This document shows, piece after piece, positions 21,637-33,029 of a stretch of 64,000 bases of DNA. The translations under genes and the position numbers were made by a program. The first letter of the stretch is position 1. Every line of letters starts with the position of its first letter. Origin of the DNA: Candidatus Latescibacterota bacterium (GTDB lineage Bacteria > Latescibacterota > UBA2968 > UBA8231). The notes below the pieces were generated by a model that was given only the letters and a program-made list of their open reading frames with translations, did not search any database and had not been told where the DNA came from. The DNA lies in the NCBI GenBank assembly GCA_965203355.1, contig OZ241889.1, positions 800,001 through 864,000 on the forward strand, given 5' to 3'.

Positions 21637-21983
21637 TACTTTCCCTTGTCGTCTTCTTTATTCTTCACCCGCGAAACGGCCGCCCGCGAGACCTCGATCT
21701 TGACGTTGTCGGCGATTTTGACCACGAGGATGTCGTCTTTGATGTTGAGAATGGTGCCGTGGATCCCACCGCTGGTGACGATTTGATCGTTTTTTTCGAG
21801 TTCGTCGATCATCCGCTGTTGGTTTCTCTGTTTCTTCATCTGCGGTCGCAAGATCAAGAGGTAGAGAACCAGAAACATCAGCGCAAAGGGCAGGAGCGCG
21901 GTGATGGGATTGGGCTGTTGGCCGCCATCGGAGGGGCCGCCGCCGAGGGCGTGGGCCGTGGAAATGAGATCGAACACGGGCAA
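21636..21983 (-). CDS. yajC: Preprotein translocase subunit YajC
   Basis: YLLILRPQ.KK, VTSGGIHG. Confidence 0.95.
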   Translation of the reverse strand: MPVFDLISTAHALGGGPSDGGQQPNPITALLPFALMFLVLYLLILRPQMKKQRNQQRMIDELEKNDQIVTSGGIHGTILNIKDDILVVKIADNVKIEVSRAAVSRVKNKEDDKGK

Positions 21984-22150
21984 ATTCCTTTCGGTAGATT
22001 AAGAGTCACAGAAAATTTAACAAAAATCCCCGTGCTGAGTAAGACCGGACAACATGGTGCGCCGCGATCCCTTCGTGCCGCAAAGGCGCTTTGACATTGT
22101 GACACTTTTGCTACTAAGATGAGGACGAGATTGAGACAGGAGAATGGGTC

Positions 22151-22714
22151 GTGAACAGAAAAGGACGCAAGGCGCGGTACCAGGGGCTGAACAAGCATCA
22201 GCGGGCGGCTTTTCGCCAAGGCGAGTTGCGCGTAGGGCGCGAAGAAATTCAAGAACTGTTGCAGTTGTCGCGCAGTGCCGATCCAGCAGATCGCTTGCGG
22301 GCGGCGTCCTTTTTGTGTCCCTGCCACGTGCGTCGCAGCATAGACGAGGTTTGGCAGGCACTCTATCGGATGCTCGAAGACCAAGACGTGCGGGTGCGCC
22401 GCGCTGCTTGGCACACGCTTGAAGACGGCGGCAAACCCGATGACCCAGCGCTCGACGCGATCATAGAGCGGACCTTGGAGCGCGAGACGGACCGGCAAGT
22501 GCTCAATTTTGCGCGGCTTTTTTCCCAAGGACGCGAAAAACGCAAACAGGTCGAATTTGAGCTAGCGGCAATTCCCGAGTACGCAGAGCGCGGCAAGTGC
22601 GATTTCTGCGGCGCACAGTCCGCGTCAGTCAAGAAGGATTTCACGACCGAACTCGGCGTGGGCGGCGCGCGAAGGTTCGCCCTAGTCTGCGAACCCTGCG
22701 ACCAAGCGGCCTGA
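22151..22714 (+). CDS. HEAT-repeat protein with putative Zn-binding motifs
   Basis: LCPCH, MLEDQDVRVRRAAWHTL, C-terminal CDFC...CEPC. Confidence 0.7.
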   Translation: MNRKGRKARYQGLNKHQRAAFRQGELRVGREEIQELLQLSRSADPADRLRAASFLCPCHVRRSIDEVWQALYRMLEDQDVRVRRAAWHTLEDGGKPDDPALDAIIERTLERETDRQVLNFARLFSQGREKRKQVEFELAAIPEYAERGKCDFCGAQSASVKKDFTTELGVGGARRFALVCEPCDQAA

Positions 22715-22724
22715 GCCGGTTCTG

Positions 22725-24991
<2,267 letters not shown>

Positions 24992-25015
24992 GGGTTCAGG
25001 GCGCGACTTGTTGCT

Positions 25016-25615
25016 TTAGGTGGTATCCAAGCATTCGTTCTCCCAGCGGATAATTTTCCACACCCCGTCGTCTGGATCAAAGCGGAGTTTGTAGGTCATA
25101 AACTGATCTACGCGATAGCCCTCGCCGGCTGATTCCAGCATCTCCATTTGGACCCGACCATAGAAGACCTCCCAGTCTTCATCTGGGTGGCCGTTGGGGT
25201 CTCCAGGAAAATTTTCAGGATGATTGGCCCCGAGTTCTTGATAGCGGTCCTTGGGCGTAAAGTCGAAGGTAAAATTGTGGCGGAACCTGTCGAAAATGCC
25301 CTCCTGCGAGTCATCGCGGCTGCCAGCCATGATCTTTAGCTCTTCCTCCAAATTGTTGTGGAAGACCACTTCGCCGAGGCAATCCCATTCGGTAAACAAG
25401 AAGTCTTCGTCGAGCAAACTCTCGTAGAGATCTTCGTCTCGAGTGCGCATGGCGCGAGCGAGGTTGTCCATGAGTAGCTCGGGAGTCGTGGCCTGTGGGG
25501 CGGGTGGCTCGGACGGCTCGGGGTTAACGGGCTCGTGTTTATCGGGAGCAAAGGGATTGCTGCATGCGCTCAAGACGAGGAGGCCGCAGAAGGCCAGGAA
25601 GGCGAGGGATTTCAT
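25016..25615 (-). CDS. Hypothetical lipoprotein (NTF2/SnoaL-like, paralog 1)
   Basis: Lipobox LSAC; TPELLMDNL...Y..LL.EDF.F; C-terminal WKI.RW. Confidence 0.75.
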   Translation of the reverse strand: MKSLAFLAFCGLLVLSACSNPFAPDKHEPVNPEPSEPPAPQATTPELLMDNLARAMRTRDEDLYESLLDEDFLFTEWDCLGEVVFHNNLEEELKIMAGSRDDSQEGIFDRFRHNFTFDFTPKDRYQELGANHPENFPGDPNGHPDEDWEVFYGRVQMEMLESAGEGYRVDQFMTYKLRFDPDDGVWKIIRWENECLDTT

Positions 25616-25751
25616 GGTCGTACTCCGCTTTTGTTGCAAGGTTTGTTGTGCTGCTTAACAATATAATCATTCTCAGAAGTATAGGAGAATGGACGACCGA
25701 GGGGGCGGAGACCTGTGAGATGGATTCGATTCAGAGAAATGCGCCGAACGC

Positions 25752-26489
25752 TCACTGCGAAAAGCGCGCCCGCAGTTCCCCCCAAGAAAACTTCGCCGAA
25801 GCCCGATCGCGCTCGTCCCGCCAAGCGGCGATCGCCCACACCGGGTTTTCCGCCGTGGGCGTCACCAACTCGATCGTCGCAAACCCCTTAATGCCGATTG
25901 TGGTGAACTTCGTTTCCACCGAGTCGGCCGCGCCAATTATCTCGACGAAGTCGGCTTCGTAGGGGAATCTGAAGGTCTCGCGCAGATCGTCGTCGGCCGG
26001 GATGCGTTCGTCCGACGATTTGTACCAGCGCGTAAAGTGTGCGCTGTGAATTCGCTCGGATGAGAGAATGAGGCGGGCAAAGTTGCGCTCCTCAGCCGCC
26101 CCCCAAACGGTATCGCGGTCAGCAGCGTAAACTTCTGGATATAGCTGCACATCCTCGGGGTCGGGAACGAAGACAAAGTCCTCAATAAAATGATCCATGT
26201 ACTGTTGCGGGCTGCGTTTCTCGTCGGCGCGAAAAATGTCAGCGAGATTGGCCAGCACGGCTTCGGGGCGCGTGGGCTCGCGCAGGAAGAGTTGAGGCCC
26301 GCTGGGGCAGTCGGGTAGCTGGGTCGATAGCGGAGTCTTAGGATCGGGGCGCTCTTCATCCACGCCATCGCAATGGGGAAAAAGATCGATACTCGAGCCG
26401 GACGCGCAGCGACAATCCACTTGTTCGCTGTCGCCGATGACGCAGCCGGTCAACAGGGCCGCGAGCAGAAATGTTCGGAGCGAGAGCAT
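25752..26489 (-). CDS. Hypothetical lipoprotein (NTF2/SnoaL-like, paralog 2)
   Basis: Lipobox LTGC; PT.PEAVLANL...Y...F.EDF.F; WAI.AWRD. Confidence 0.75.
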   Translation of the reverse strand: MLSLRTFLLAALLTGCVIGDSEQVDCRCASGSSIDLFPHCDGVDEERPDPKTPLSTQLPDCPSGPQLFLREPTRPEAVLANLADIFRADEKRSPQQYMDHFIEDFVFVPDPEDVQLYPEVYAADRDTVWGAAEERNFARLILSSERIHSAHFTRWYKSSDERIPADDDLRETFRFPYEADFVEIIGAADSVETKFTTIGIKGFATIELVTPTAENPVWAIAAWRDERDRASAKFSWGELRARFSQ

Positions 26490-26497
26490 GGAACGGC

Positions 26498-27439
26498 TCA
26501 GTAGGTGACAAAAGGCACGGGAGCGAAACAGACGACAAAGATCAGCAGGCAGAGGTAGCCAACGAAGTACCGGCCGCGGTCCAGCGCGATAAAGGGATCG
26601 TAGGGGGGCGGATGGTCCTTGCCAAAAAGCGCGAGAAAAAAGGCCAGCACAAACCACCCCGGCCACCCTTGGGGCCATTCCCACACCAGCGCTAGGACTC
26701 CATAAAGCCCCAAAGCCAGCAAAGCGATGTAGGCCGTGCGGGCGATCTGCCGGTGCCGGGAGCCAAAGAGCGCGTACGCAATATGGCCGCCATCGAGCTG
26801 GCCGATGGGAAAAAGATTAAAGGCCGTGATAAACAGCCCGACCCAACCGGCAAAAGCCACCGGGTCTAAGAGGACCATTTGGTTTGGCCCAATGGCGGGC
26901 AAGACGAGCGCGGCGATGCCGGAAAAAAGCAAGGGTGCCCCCAATTCGATGGGGGCCGCGTGAAAGTAATCGGCTGAAACCACGGTCGAGCGCGAAAGCC
27001 CAGCGAAACAGGCTGCGAGGGCGACGACAAAGCCCGCTAAAGGACCAGCGGCACCAATGTCGAGGAGGGCGCGCTTGTTGGGGATGGGGGAGCGAATTTT
27101 GATGACTGCGCCCAATGTGCCGAGGAAGGAAACATAGGGCAGGGGAAGAAAATAGGGCAGCGAGGCCCTGACTCCCCAGCGCCGCGCCGCAAAGTAATGG
27201 CCAAATTCGTGAACCGTGAGAATAAAGAGCAAGGTTGCGGCAAAAGGAAGGCCCTCAACGAGGTGGACCAAGGCCGCGAGACTGGTCAGCGGATCAACGC
27301 CTTGCTGCATGGCGCCAGCGGTGGCAGTCGAAGCAATGGTACCGCAAAACAGCAGTAGATGGACCCACCAGCGCGAGGAGTTGGCGTGTTGCACCGGGAC
27401 CGGGAGTGAGGTCGGGGCTGGCGGCACCACCGGCGCCAC
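26498..27439 (-). CDS. Site-2 (M50) intramembrane metalloprotease
   Basis: HEFGH, AAGPLAG, NLFPIGQLDGGH; start uncertain. Confidence 0.92.
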   Translation of the reverse strand: MAPVVPPAPTSLPVPVQHANSSRWWVHLLLFCGTIASTATAGAMQQGVDPLTSLAALVHLVEGLPFAATLLFILTVHEFGHYFAARRWGVRASLPYFLPLPYVSFLGTLGAVIKIRSPIPNKRALLDIGAAGPLAGFVVALAACFAGLSRSTVVSADYFHAAPIELGAPLLFSGIAALVLPAIGPNQMVLLDPVAFAGWVGLFITAFNLFPIGQLDGGHIAYALFGSRHRQIARTAYIALLALGLYGVLALVWEWPQGWPGWFVLAFFLALFGKDHPPPYDPFIALDRGRYFVGYLCLLIFVVCFAPVPFVTY

Positions 27440-27456
27440 TGTTTTGCGCCAGAAGT

Positions 27457-28314
27457 TCAAGGGGTTGTGCTTTCCAATTGGAGACTGAGCCAGTGCGCGT
27501 CGCCCAAGCCCGAGCCAAAAGGCACATAGGCGTAGTCGATGACCCACCGCTTGGCCGCGAGACCCACGCCGGCTGAGAGGCTGCGGTTTTCAGTGGTCTG
27601 ATAGCCGGCACGTAGGCGCAGGTGCTCGCCGGCTCGGTACTCGCCGCCTACGTGCAGCGTGAGATCGTCGCCGCGGGCCTTCTGCGCTTCGACGGCCACG
27701 AGCATGTCTGCGCGGCCGACGTAAGCAGCCCCGAAACGAGCTTCTAAAGGCAGGTCCGTCTCCCGCTGATCGAGGCGGTTCATGCGGCCCAAGTTGCGCA
27801 CCGCAGCCCCCAAGCGCAGGCTGGCTGAGATGTCGCGCATCAGCCCGAGGTCGGCAGCTAAGCCGCTGGCGTTTTGGCTGAAAATGGACTGGTGGATGAA
27901 TTTTAGCTGCAAGCCGAGGCGCGTCTGCTCCATCTGGCGGGCGTAACTCAGGCCCACTGCTCCTTCGTACACGCCGAAGTGCCCCAGCGGCTCAGCCGAG
28001 GGGCCGGCGCGACGTTCTAGGCCGTTGGCCTGCCAAAGCTGGGCGGAAAGCCCCCAAGTGCCGCGGCCGCGGGCCTGTGTCAAGTGCAAGTGGTTTTGGC
28101 GGATGCGCTGGATCGAGGCTTGGTGGTTAAAGGCGACGCTGCGTCCACGCGATTGCCGCGCTGCCGGGTTGAGGGCTTGGGCGGCAAACAGGGCCGTCTC
28201 CGCGCCAGCCAAGCCTGTAGCGCGGGCTCCGCCGCCTTGGCGCAGCGAAGGGAGGCCGCTGGCGGCGAGGGCTGTGGGCAGCATTAAAAGCGCAATCACT
28301 AAGAGAGCCATCAC
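27457..28314 (-). CDS. PorV/PorQ-like outer-membrane barrel
   Basis: GARATGLAGA.TA...NPA, RNLG, LRLRAGY, IDYAYVPF..LG..H. Confidence 0.8.
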   Translation of the reverse strand: MMALLVIALLMLPTALAASGLPSLRQGGGARATGLAGAETALFAAQALNPAARQSRGRSVAFNHQASIQRIRQNHLHLTQARGRGTWGLSAQLWQANGLERRAGPSAEPLGHFGVYEGAVGLSYARQMEQTRLGLQLKFIHQSIFSQNASGLAADLGLMRDISASLRLGAAVRNLGRMNRLDQRETDLPLEARFGAAYVGRADMLVAVEAQKARGDDLTLHVGGEYRAGEHLRLRAGYQTTENRSLSAGVGLAAKRWVIDYAYVPFGSGLGDAHWLSLQLESTTP

Positions 28315-28317
28315 TTG

Positions 28318-29232
28318 TCAGAACGCCAGCGCTAGCCCCACGGTTGTGCGGCCCCCAGCGCCGAGGGGATCGGATAAGTAAGCGTATTGAAACTGTACGG
28401 TTTCACGCCGCGCCGGGCGCAAGGTCAAGCCCGCCGAGAGTTGGCCCCCGCCTTCGGCCCCGAGGCGGTGCAGGCCACCGCGCACCTCGAGCAGCGCACT
28501 GAGCTGCCACTCGGCCCCCAGATTGACGCTCTGTTCCCCGTCGTCGCGCACCTCGGCCGCCAACAGCAGGGCGTCCAAAAGCCGCTGGGACGCGCCAAAG
28601 ACGAGGATGCGCGGCAGGGCATTCTCGGTGGCATTCGACCGCTGATCGGCGCGGCGCACTTTCCAGGCGAGGTTGGTGTTGAGATTGGATACGCCGGCCC
28701 CGAGCCACGTATGCTCGGCCGCGCGGAACTGCACCCCCAAGTCGAAGCCGCTGCCGTTGGCCGTGGCCGTGGGAGTCGAGGGAACATCAATGCTTTGCCT
28801 GAGGACTTTAACGGCCAAACCAACCGCTAGGCGAGACCCAAGGGAGCGACCCATGCCAAAGATAAAAGCATGGGCTCGATCCTCAATCGTCCCAGTGTAC
28901 TGGCCGCTAGCGGTGCGGCCCTTGATCCCGCCAACTGCGGCATGGGACCAAGCAAAGCCAAAGCCCATGTCGCCGCGCACGTTGAGCGCGACAGCGGCAC
29001 TGCCTTGGCGTCGTCCCAGCGAGCGCGACTGAATGGAGGTCTCTAGGGTTTTGCCGCGCAAGCGGGCGAGGCCGGCCGGATTCCAGTAGGAGGACGATGC
29101 ATCGTCGGCCGCGGCGACAAAGGCCCCCAGCCCTAGGCCGCGCGCCCCCAGCCCTGTTCTGAGAAAGGCGGCGGCAAAATCGCCCCCGTGCGCGGCAGAG
29201 GCGGCGAGCAATAGTGCGAAGAGCGTTTTCAA
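28318..29232 (-). CDS. PorV/PorQ-like outer-membrane barrel
   Basis: FLR.GLGARGLGLG.AFVA.ADDAS..YWNPAGL, C-terminal Phe; TTG start overlaps the upstream stop. Confidence 0.82.
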   Translation of the reverse strand: MKTLFALLLAASAAHGGDFAAAFLRTGLGARGLGLGAFVAAADDASSSYWNPAGLARLRGKTLETSIQSRSLGRRQGSAAVALNVRGDMGFGFAWSHAAVGGIKGRTASGQYTGTIEDRAHAFIFGMGRSLGSRLAVGLAVKVLRQSIDVPSTPTATANGSGFDLGVQFRAAEHTWLGAGVSNLNTNLAWKVRRADQRSNATENALPRILVFGASQRLLDALLLAAEVRDDGEQSVNLGAEWQLSALLEVRGGLHRLGAEGGGQLSAGLTLRPARRETVQFQYAYLSDPLGAGGRTTVGLALAF

Positions 29233-30938
29233 TCGAGCACCACCACTCTGCCAAAGACCTGTTGGCCGGTGTCTAGGGCAATGCGATAAAAGTACGTGCC
29301 GTTGGCTACCGGTTGGCCGTCTTGATCGCGGCCATCCCAAGGGATGCTGTAATCGCCGCCGTCGGCAAAAGGCGCGTCCGTTGCAAGGTCGCGGACTAGG
29401 CCGCTGGCAAAGTCGTAGATCGCCACGGAGACTTCTGCGTCGCGTGATAGGCTAAAGACGATGGTTGCCGTTTCGCGCGAGGGGGCGAAAGGATTGGGTG
29501 CTGCGTACGCGAGTGCCGTGCTGTCGGTCACACCTCCAGTGCTGACGAAGGTCCTGTCGTCGAGTGTGCGCGTGCGGACTAGGTCGCGGATGACGCGCCA
29601 AGTGCTCCCTTCGTCTTTGGAGCGCCCGAGGCCGTTTTCGGCCCCCGCCCAGAGCACATCGCCCACTGCTGCAAGCCCGACGAAGGTGCCAGTCAGGGGC
29701 TGTCCATCGACGACTTCGATGGGGTCCCAGACGCGCTCTGAGTCGGTCGGCAGCGTTGGGTTTGGGCTAGCTAGCAGCCCTTGCTCGGTACCGGCCCAAA
29801 CAAAACTGGGGGTGAAAGCAAAATCCCAGGCAAAAGTCGGCCCAGTGTGGCTCCAGGTCTGGCCGAGGTCGCGGCTGACGCTGATGGCTTGGGTTTGACC
29901 GGGCGATGTGGTGGTATTGGTTCCCGCCCAGATGGCCGTGGTGCCGTCGGGTAGTACTTGGCGTTCGAGGGCGACGACCCAGTTGCCAGCCGGATGGCCC
30001 GGGAGGGGCATATCCTCTGCGCCGAGGCGCACTTTGGCATTCTGCCAATGCTGCCCTCCGTCAAAAGTAAAGGCAACCCCGCTGGAAGTGCCGATCCAGA
30101 CCGTATCCTCGTAAGCCATCACCGCAAAAGTGCGGTGCAGGAATGCTTGGCTGGCCAAGCTGTCGGCCGCCGTACGCAGTTGGGCGATGTTGCTTGGATC
30201 GGCGTTTGCGCCTGCGAGGCTATCGGCCAAAGTTCGCAAGCTGTCGGCCGCCGTTTCCGCGGCGAAGAAGACGATCTCGTCTGCGCCGCCGGGCAAGAAG
30301 GGTTGCCAAGTGCGGCCTTGGTCGAGCGAGCGCACGGTAGAGCCAGCAAAAAAGGCGGCGTACACGGCTTCCCCGTTGATAGAGATGTCAAAACAAGCAT
30401 TGAGGATGGTCGTGCTGGGGCTGCGCTCAAAACCAGCCTTAGTGGGGTCGAAGATGGACTCATTGGGAATGTGATGCCAGGAGTCGCCGCCGTCGTGGGA
30501 AAAACTCAACCCAGTGCCCGCTTGGCTCACGCTCTGTCCGGTGGTGACCGAATCGACTAGGGTCGCTACCCACACGGTATCGCCGACCGCGTCGAGCGCG
30601 CTAATCGCGCCGCGGCCGAGCCCGTTGCGTTCGGTAAAGGTGACCCAATCCGCGGAGTTGAGACCGCTGCTTTGCGCTGGATCGAGCCGCGCCACTCCAT
30701 TTTCGGTGCCGACCCATAGATAGCGCCCGCTCCAGACGACATCGCCGATTGAAGTGCCGAAAAGCCCGCGGACAGGCTCGGATGCTTGGTGGAAGCGCTG
30801 GGGCCGGAGCGCGTGGCCGGGCGATAGATGGGGCGCGAGGACGAGCAGCGAGAAAGAGAAGAGGAGGGTCTGGCGGAAAAAGAAATTGGTCATCAAGCGA
30901 GCATTTTTGCTGCGGCCAGCGCTGGGCCACTCAAGCAT
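29229..30938 (-). CDS. Secreted BNR/Asp-box beta-propeller protein with FlgD-Ig/T9SS-like C-terminal domain
   Basis: Repeats SHDGGDSW, SLDQGRTW, TFDGGQHW, SRDLGQTW, SKDEGSTW; C-terminus PNPFAP...IYD..GLVR.L...WDGRD..G..VANGTYFY. Alternative start at 30893. Confidence 0.8.
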   Translation of the reverse strand: MLEWPSAGRSKNARLMTNFFFRQTLLFSFSLLVLAPHLSPGHALRPQRFHQASEPVRGLFGTSIGDVVWSGRYLWVGTENGVARLDPAQSSGLNSADWVTFTERNGLGRGAISALDAVGDTVWVATLVDSVTTGQSVSQAGTGLSFSHDGGDSWHHIPNESIFDPTKAGFERSPSTTILNACFDISINGEAVYAAFFAGSTVRSLDQGRTWQPFLPGGADEIVFFAAETAADSLRTLADSLAGANADPSNIAQLRTAADSLASQAFLHRTFAVMAYEDTVWIGTSSGVAFTFDGGQHWQNAKVRLGAEDMPLPGHPAGNWVVALERQVLPDGTTAIWAGTNTTTSPGQTQAISVSRDLGQTWSHTGPTFAWDFAFTPSFVWAGTEQGLLASPNPTLPTDSERVWDPIEVVDGQPLTGTFVGLAAVGDVLWAGAENGLGRSKDEGSTWRVIRDLVRTRTLDDRTFVSTGGVTDSTALAYAAPNPFAPSRETATIVFSLSRDAEVSVAIYDFASGLVRDLATDAPFADGGDYSIPWDGRDQDGQPVANGTYFYRIALDTGQQVFGRVVVLD

Positions 30939-31758
30939 AGGTAGCGGCCCGCTCGCGCATGGCCTCGATTACTTCGTAGCCGACTCCGTAGTCGCCGATG
31001 CGAGTGCCTTCGCTGTCGCCGTGGCTATCGGATCCTCCCGACTTGATTAGGGCATGGCGGTCGGCGAGCTGGTCGTAGTATTCCATCTGCGCTGGCTGGT
31101 GGGACGGATGGAAGACCTCAATACCGTCGAGCCCGTAGGCGACTAGCTGCTCGATAATGGACTCGGGGAGACTGATGCTGGGGTGGGCGAGCACGGCTAC
31201 GCCGCCCGTGCGATGAATGAGGTCGATGAGGTCGTTGGCCGCGGCGTAGGGCTTAGGCTGAAAGGCCGGACCGCGATCGCCGATGTAGCGGCTGAAGGCT
31301 TCGTCCCTATCGGCTACTAGACCGTTTTCCACCATGGCCGCGGCGATGTGCGGCCGCCCGAGGGGGCTGCCGTTGGCTTGGGCGAGCACGTCGTCGAGGC
31401 TGACGGTCAGTCCTATGCTGTTGAGCGCTCTGATGATCGCGATTCCCCGCTGGTGGCGGGCTTGAAAAGACTTGGCGAGGGTCGTACCGAGCTGATCGTC
31501 TTGGTAGTTGATGCAGTAGGCGAGAATGTGTACCTCGCGGTCCCGGACGTGGGCACTCAGTTCGGTGCCGGGCACTACTTCCATGTGCATACGCTCGCCG
31601 GCCGCCGTGGCCTCGGGGACGCCTTGGACCGTATCGTGATCGGTCAAACTCATCGCTTGCAAGCCCGCTTCGCAGGCCTCTTGGACCGCTTCGGTCGGCG
31701 TTCGCAACCCGTCGGAGCACAGAGAATGTGTGTGGAGATCGGCTAAATTGTAAGACAT
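30931..31758 (-). CDS. PHP-domain phosphoesterase (TrpH/YciV-like)
   Basis: DLHTHS..SDG, LTDHDT, GRPHIA, LAHP, GGSDSHG. Confidence 0.92.
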   Translation of the reverse strand: MSYNLADLHTHSLCSDGLRTPTEAVQEACEAGLQAMSLTDHDTVQGVPEATAAGERMHMEVVPGTELSAHVRDREVHILAYCINYQDDQLGTTLAKSFQARHQRGIAIIRALNSIGLTVSLDDVLAQANGSPLGRPHIAAAMVENGLVADRDEAFSRYIGDRGPAFQPKPYAAANDLIDLIHRTGGVAVLAHPSISLPESIIEQLVAYGLDGIEVFHPSHQPAQMEYYDQLADRHALIKSGGSDSHGDSEGTRIGDYGVGYEVIEAMRERAATYA

Positions 31759-31873
31759 AAGGCATTTTTACCCTAAGTGAGAATACTTTCTAAAGTTCTA
31801 AATAAAAAGAAAGCCTTTTGTCGTGCTCAATCAAGCCCTATGCCTCGGCCTCGCACAGCGAGTGCGCGTCTTG

Positions 31874-32722
31874 CTACATGGGACTGTTGGAAAGCTCGAG
31901 CAGCAGGTCGCCAGAGTGGGTTCGCATTTTATCGAGAGCCTCGTCTCTGAGTTGGCGCACTCGCTCGCGCGTGAGGCCCAACTGCCCGCCGATTTTCTCC
32001 AGCGTCTGAGGCTTTTGGTCGTCGAGGCCGAAATAGGCGCGGACAACTAGACGCTCGCGCCTATCGAGCGCGTCGAGACAGGTCTGCAAGGTGTGCGAGA
32101 GGGCGGCGCGTTCATAGCAATCGGCCGGATCAGAGGTAAGAGCCGCGAAGGTAGCTATTAGCGGCTCCCTTTCATTGGGAACGGTTGGCGTGTCCATTGA
32201 GACATCAGGTTGGGCCATGCAAAGGGCATTGTACGTTCGCTCCAGCGATAGTCCGGCACTGTTGGCGATTTCCTCGGGCGTGGGATCGCGTCCTAGTTTT
32301 TGGGCGAGGGTACGCGTCCACTGCTCGACCTTTTTCAGGTCGTTGATCCGGCTGAGCGGCGGGCGCGCAATTTTGCCGTGTTCGTCTAGGGCGCGGAGAA
32401 TGGCTTGGCGAATCCACCACACCGCATAGGTGATGAACTTAAAACCGCGCGTCTCGTCGAAGCGTTGGACCGCTTCGAGCAGCCCGAGGTTGCCCTCGGA
32501 AATGAGTTCCATGAAGGAAAGCCCGCGCCCGTGGTATACCCGCGCGATGCGGACGACAAAGCGCAAGTTGGCTTCGACCATCTGGTGCATGGCGTGCTCG
32601 TCGCCAGCGCGCACTCTTTGTACCAGCTCCATCTCTCGTTGGCGGCTCAGCGGCTGAAAGTGCTGAATGTCGCGCCAGTAAGACTCGGCCAGACCTAGCG
32701 AATCGAGGCTGCTTTTTCCCAT
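31874..32722 (-). CDS. RpoD/RpoS-family sigma-70 factor lacking region 1.1
   Basis: ANLRFVV.IA..Y, LISEGNLGL..AV.RFD..RGFKFITYAVWWIRQAI, TLE.IG..LGLTRERVRQ. Confidence 0.93.
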   Translation of the reverse strand: MGKSSLDSLGLAESYWRDIQHFQPLSRQREMELVQRVRAGDEHAMHQMVEANLRFVVRIARVYHGRGLSFMELISEGNLGLLEAVQRFDETRGFKFITYAVWWIRQAILRALDEHGKIARPPLSRINDLKKVEQWTRTLAQKLGRDPTPEEIANSAGLSLERTYNALCMAQPDVSMDTPTVPNEREPLIATFAALTSDPADCYERAALSHTLQTCLDALDRRERLVVRAYFGLDDQKPQTLEKIGGQLGLTRERVRQLRDEALDKMRTHSGDLLLELSNSPM

Positions 32723-32750
32723 AAGTAGCCAAAACGTCAAAAAGAGAAAT

Positions 32751-33029
32751 CCGGTTCTCAAGTAATACGACTGAAAAAGAGTGCGGTTCCTGCTCGGGAT
32801 TGGGCCGGGGAAAGTAGCGAGTGGGATCGGTCGTAGGCCGCGTCCCCGGTTCTCAAGACGACTGAAAAAGAGCGCGGTTCCAGCCGGGGTTAGGCCGGGG
32901 GAAGTAGCGAGAGGGATCGGTCGTAGGCCGCGTCCGAGGTTCTCAAGTAATACGACTGAAGAAGAGCGCGGTTCCAGCCGGGGTTAGGCCGGGGAAAGTA
33001 GCGGGTGGGATCGGTCGTAGGCCGCGTCC
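32751..33029. repeat. Three-copy imperfect tandem repeat (95, 90 and 94 bp)
   Basis: Units at 32751-32845, 32846-32935 and 32936-33029; each runs GGTTCTCAAG...ACGACTGAA.AAGAG.GCGGTTCC...GGGATCGGTCGTAGGCCGCGTCC. The last copy includes the rhaB 3' end. Confidence 0.97.

Noticed and set aside
32751-33029. CRISPR array or DGR template
   Set aside because: The units are contiguous with no unique spacers, there is no cas or reverse transcriptase gene in the window, and the differences are not adenine-specific.
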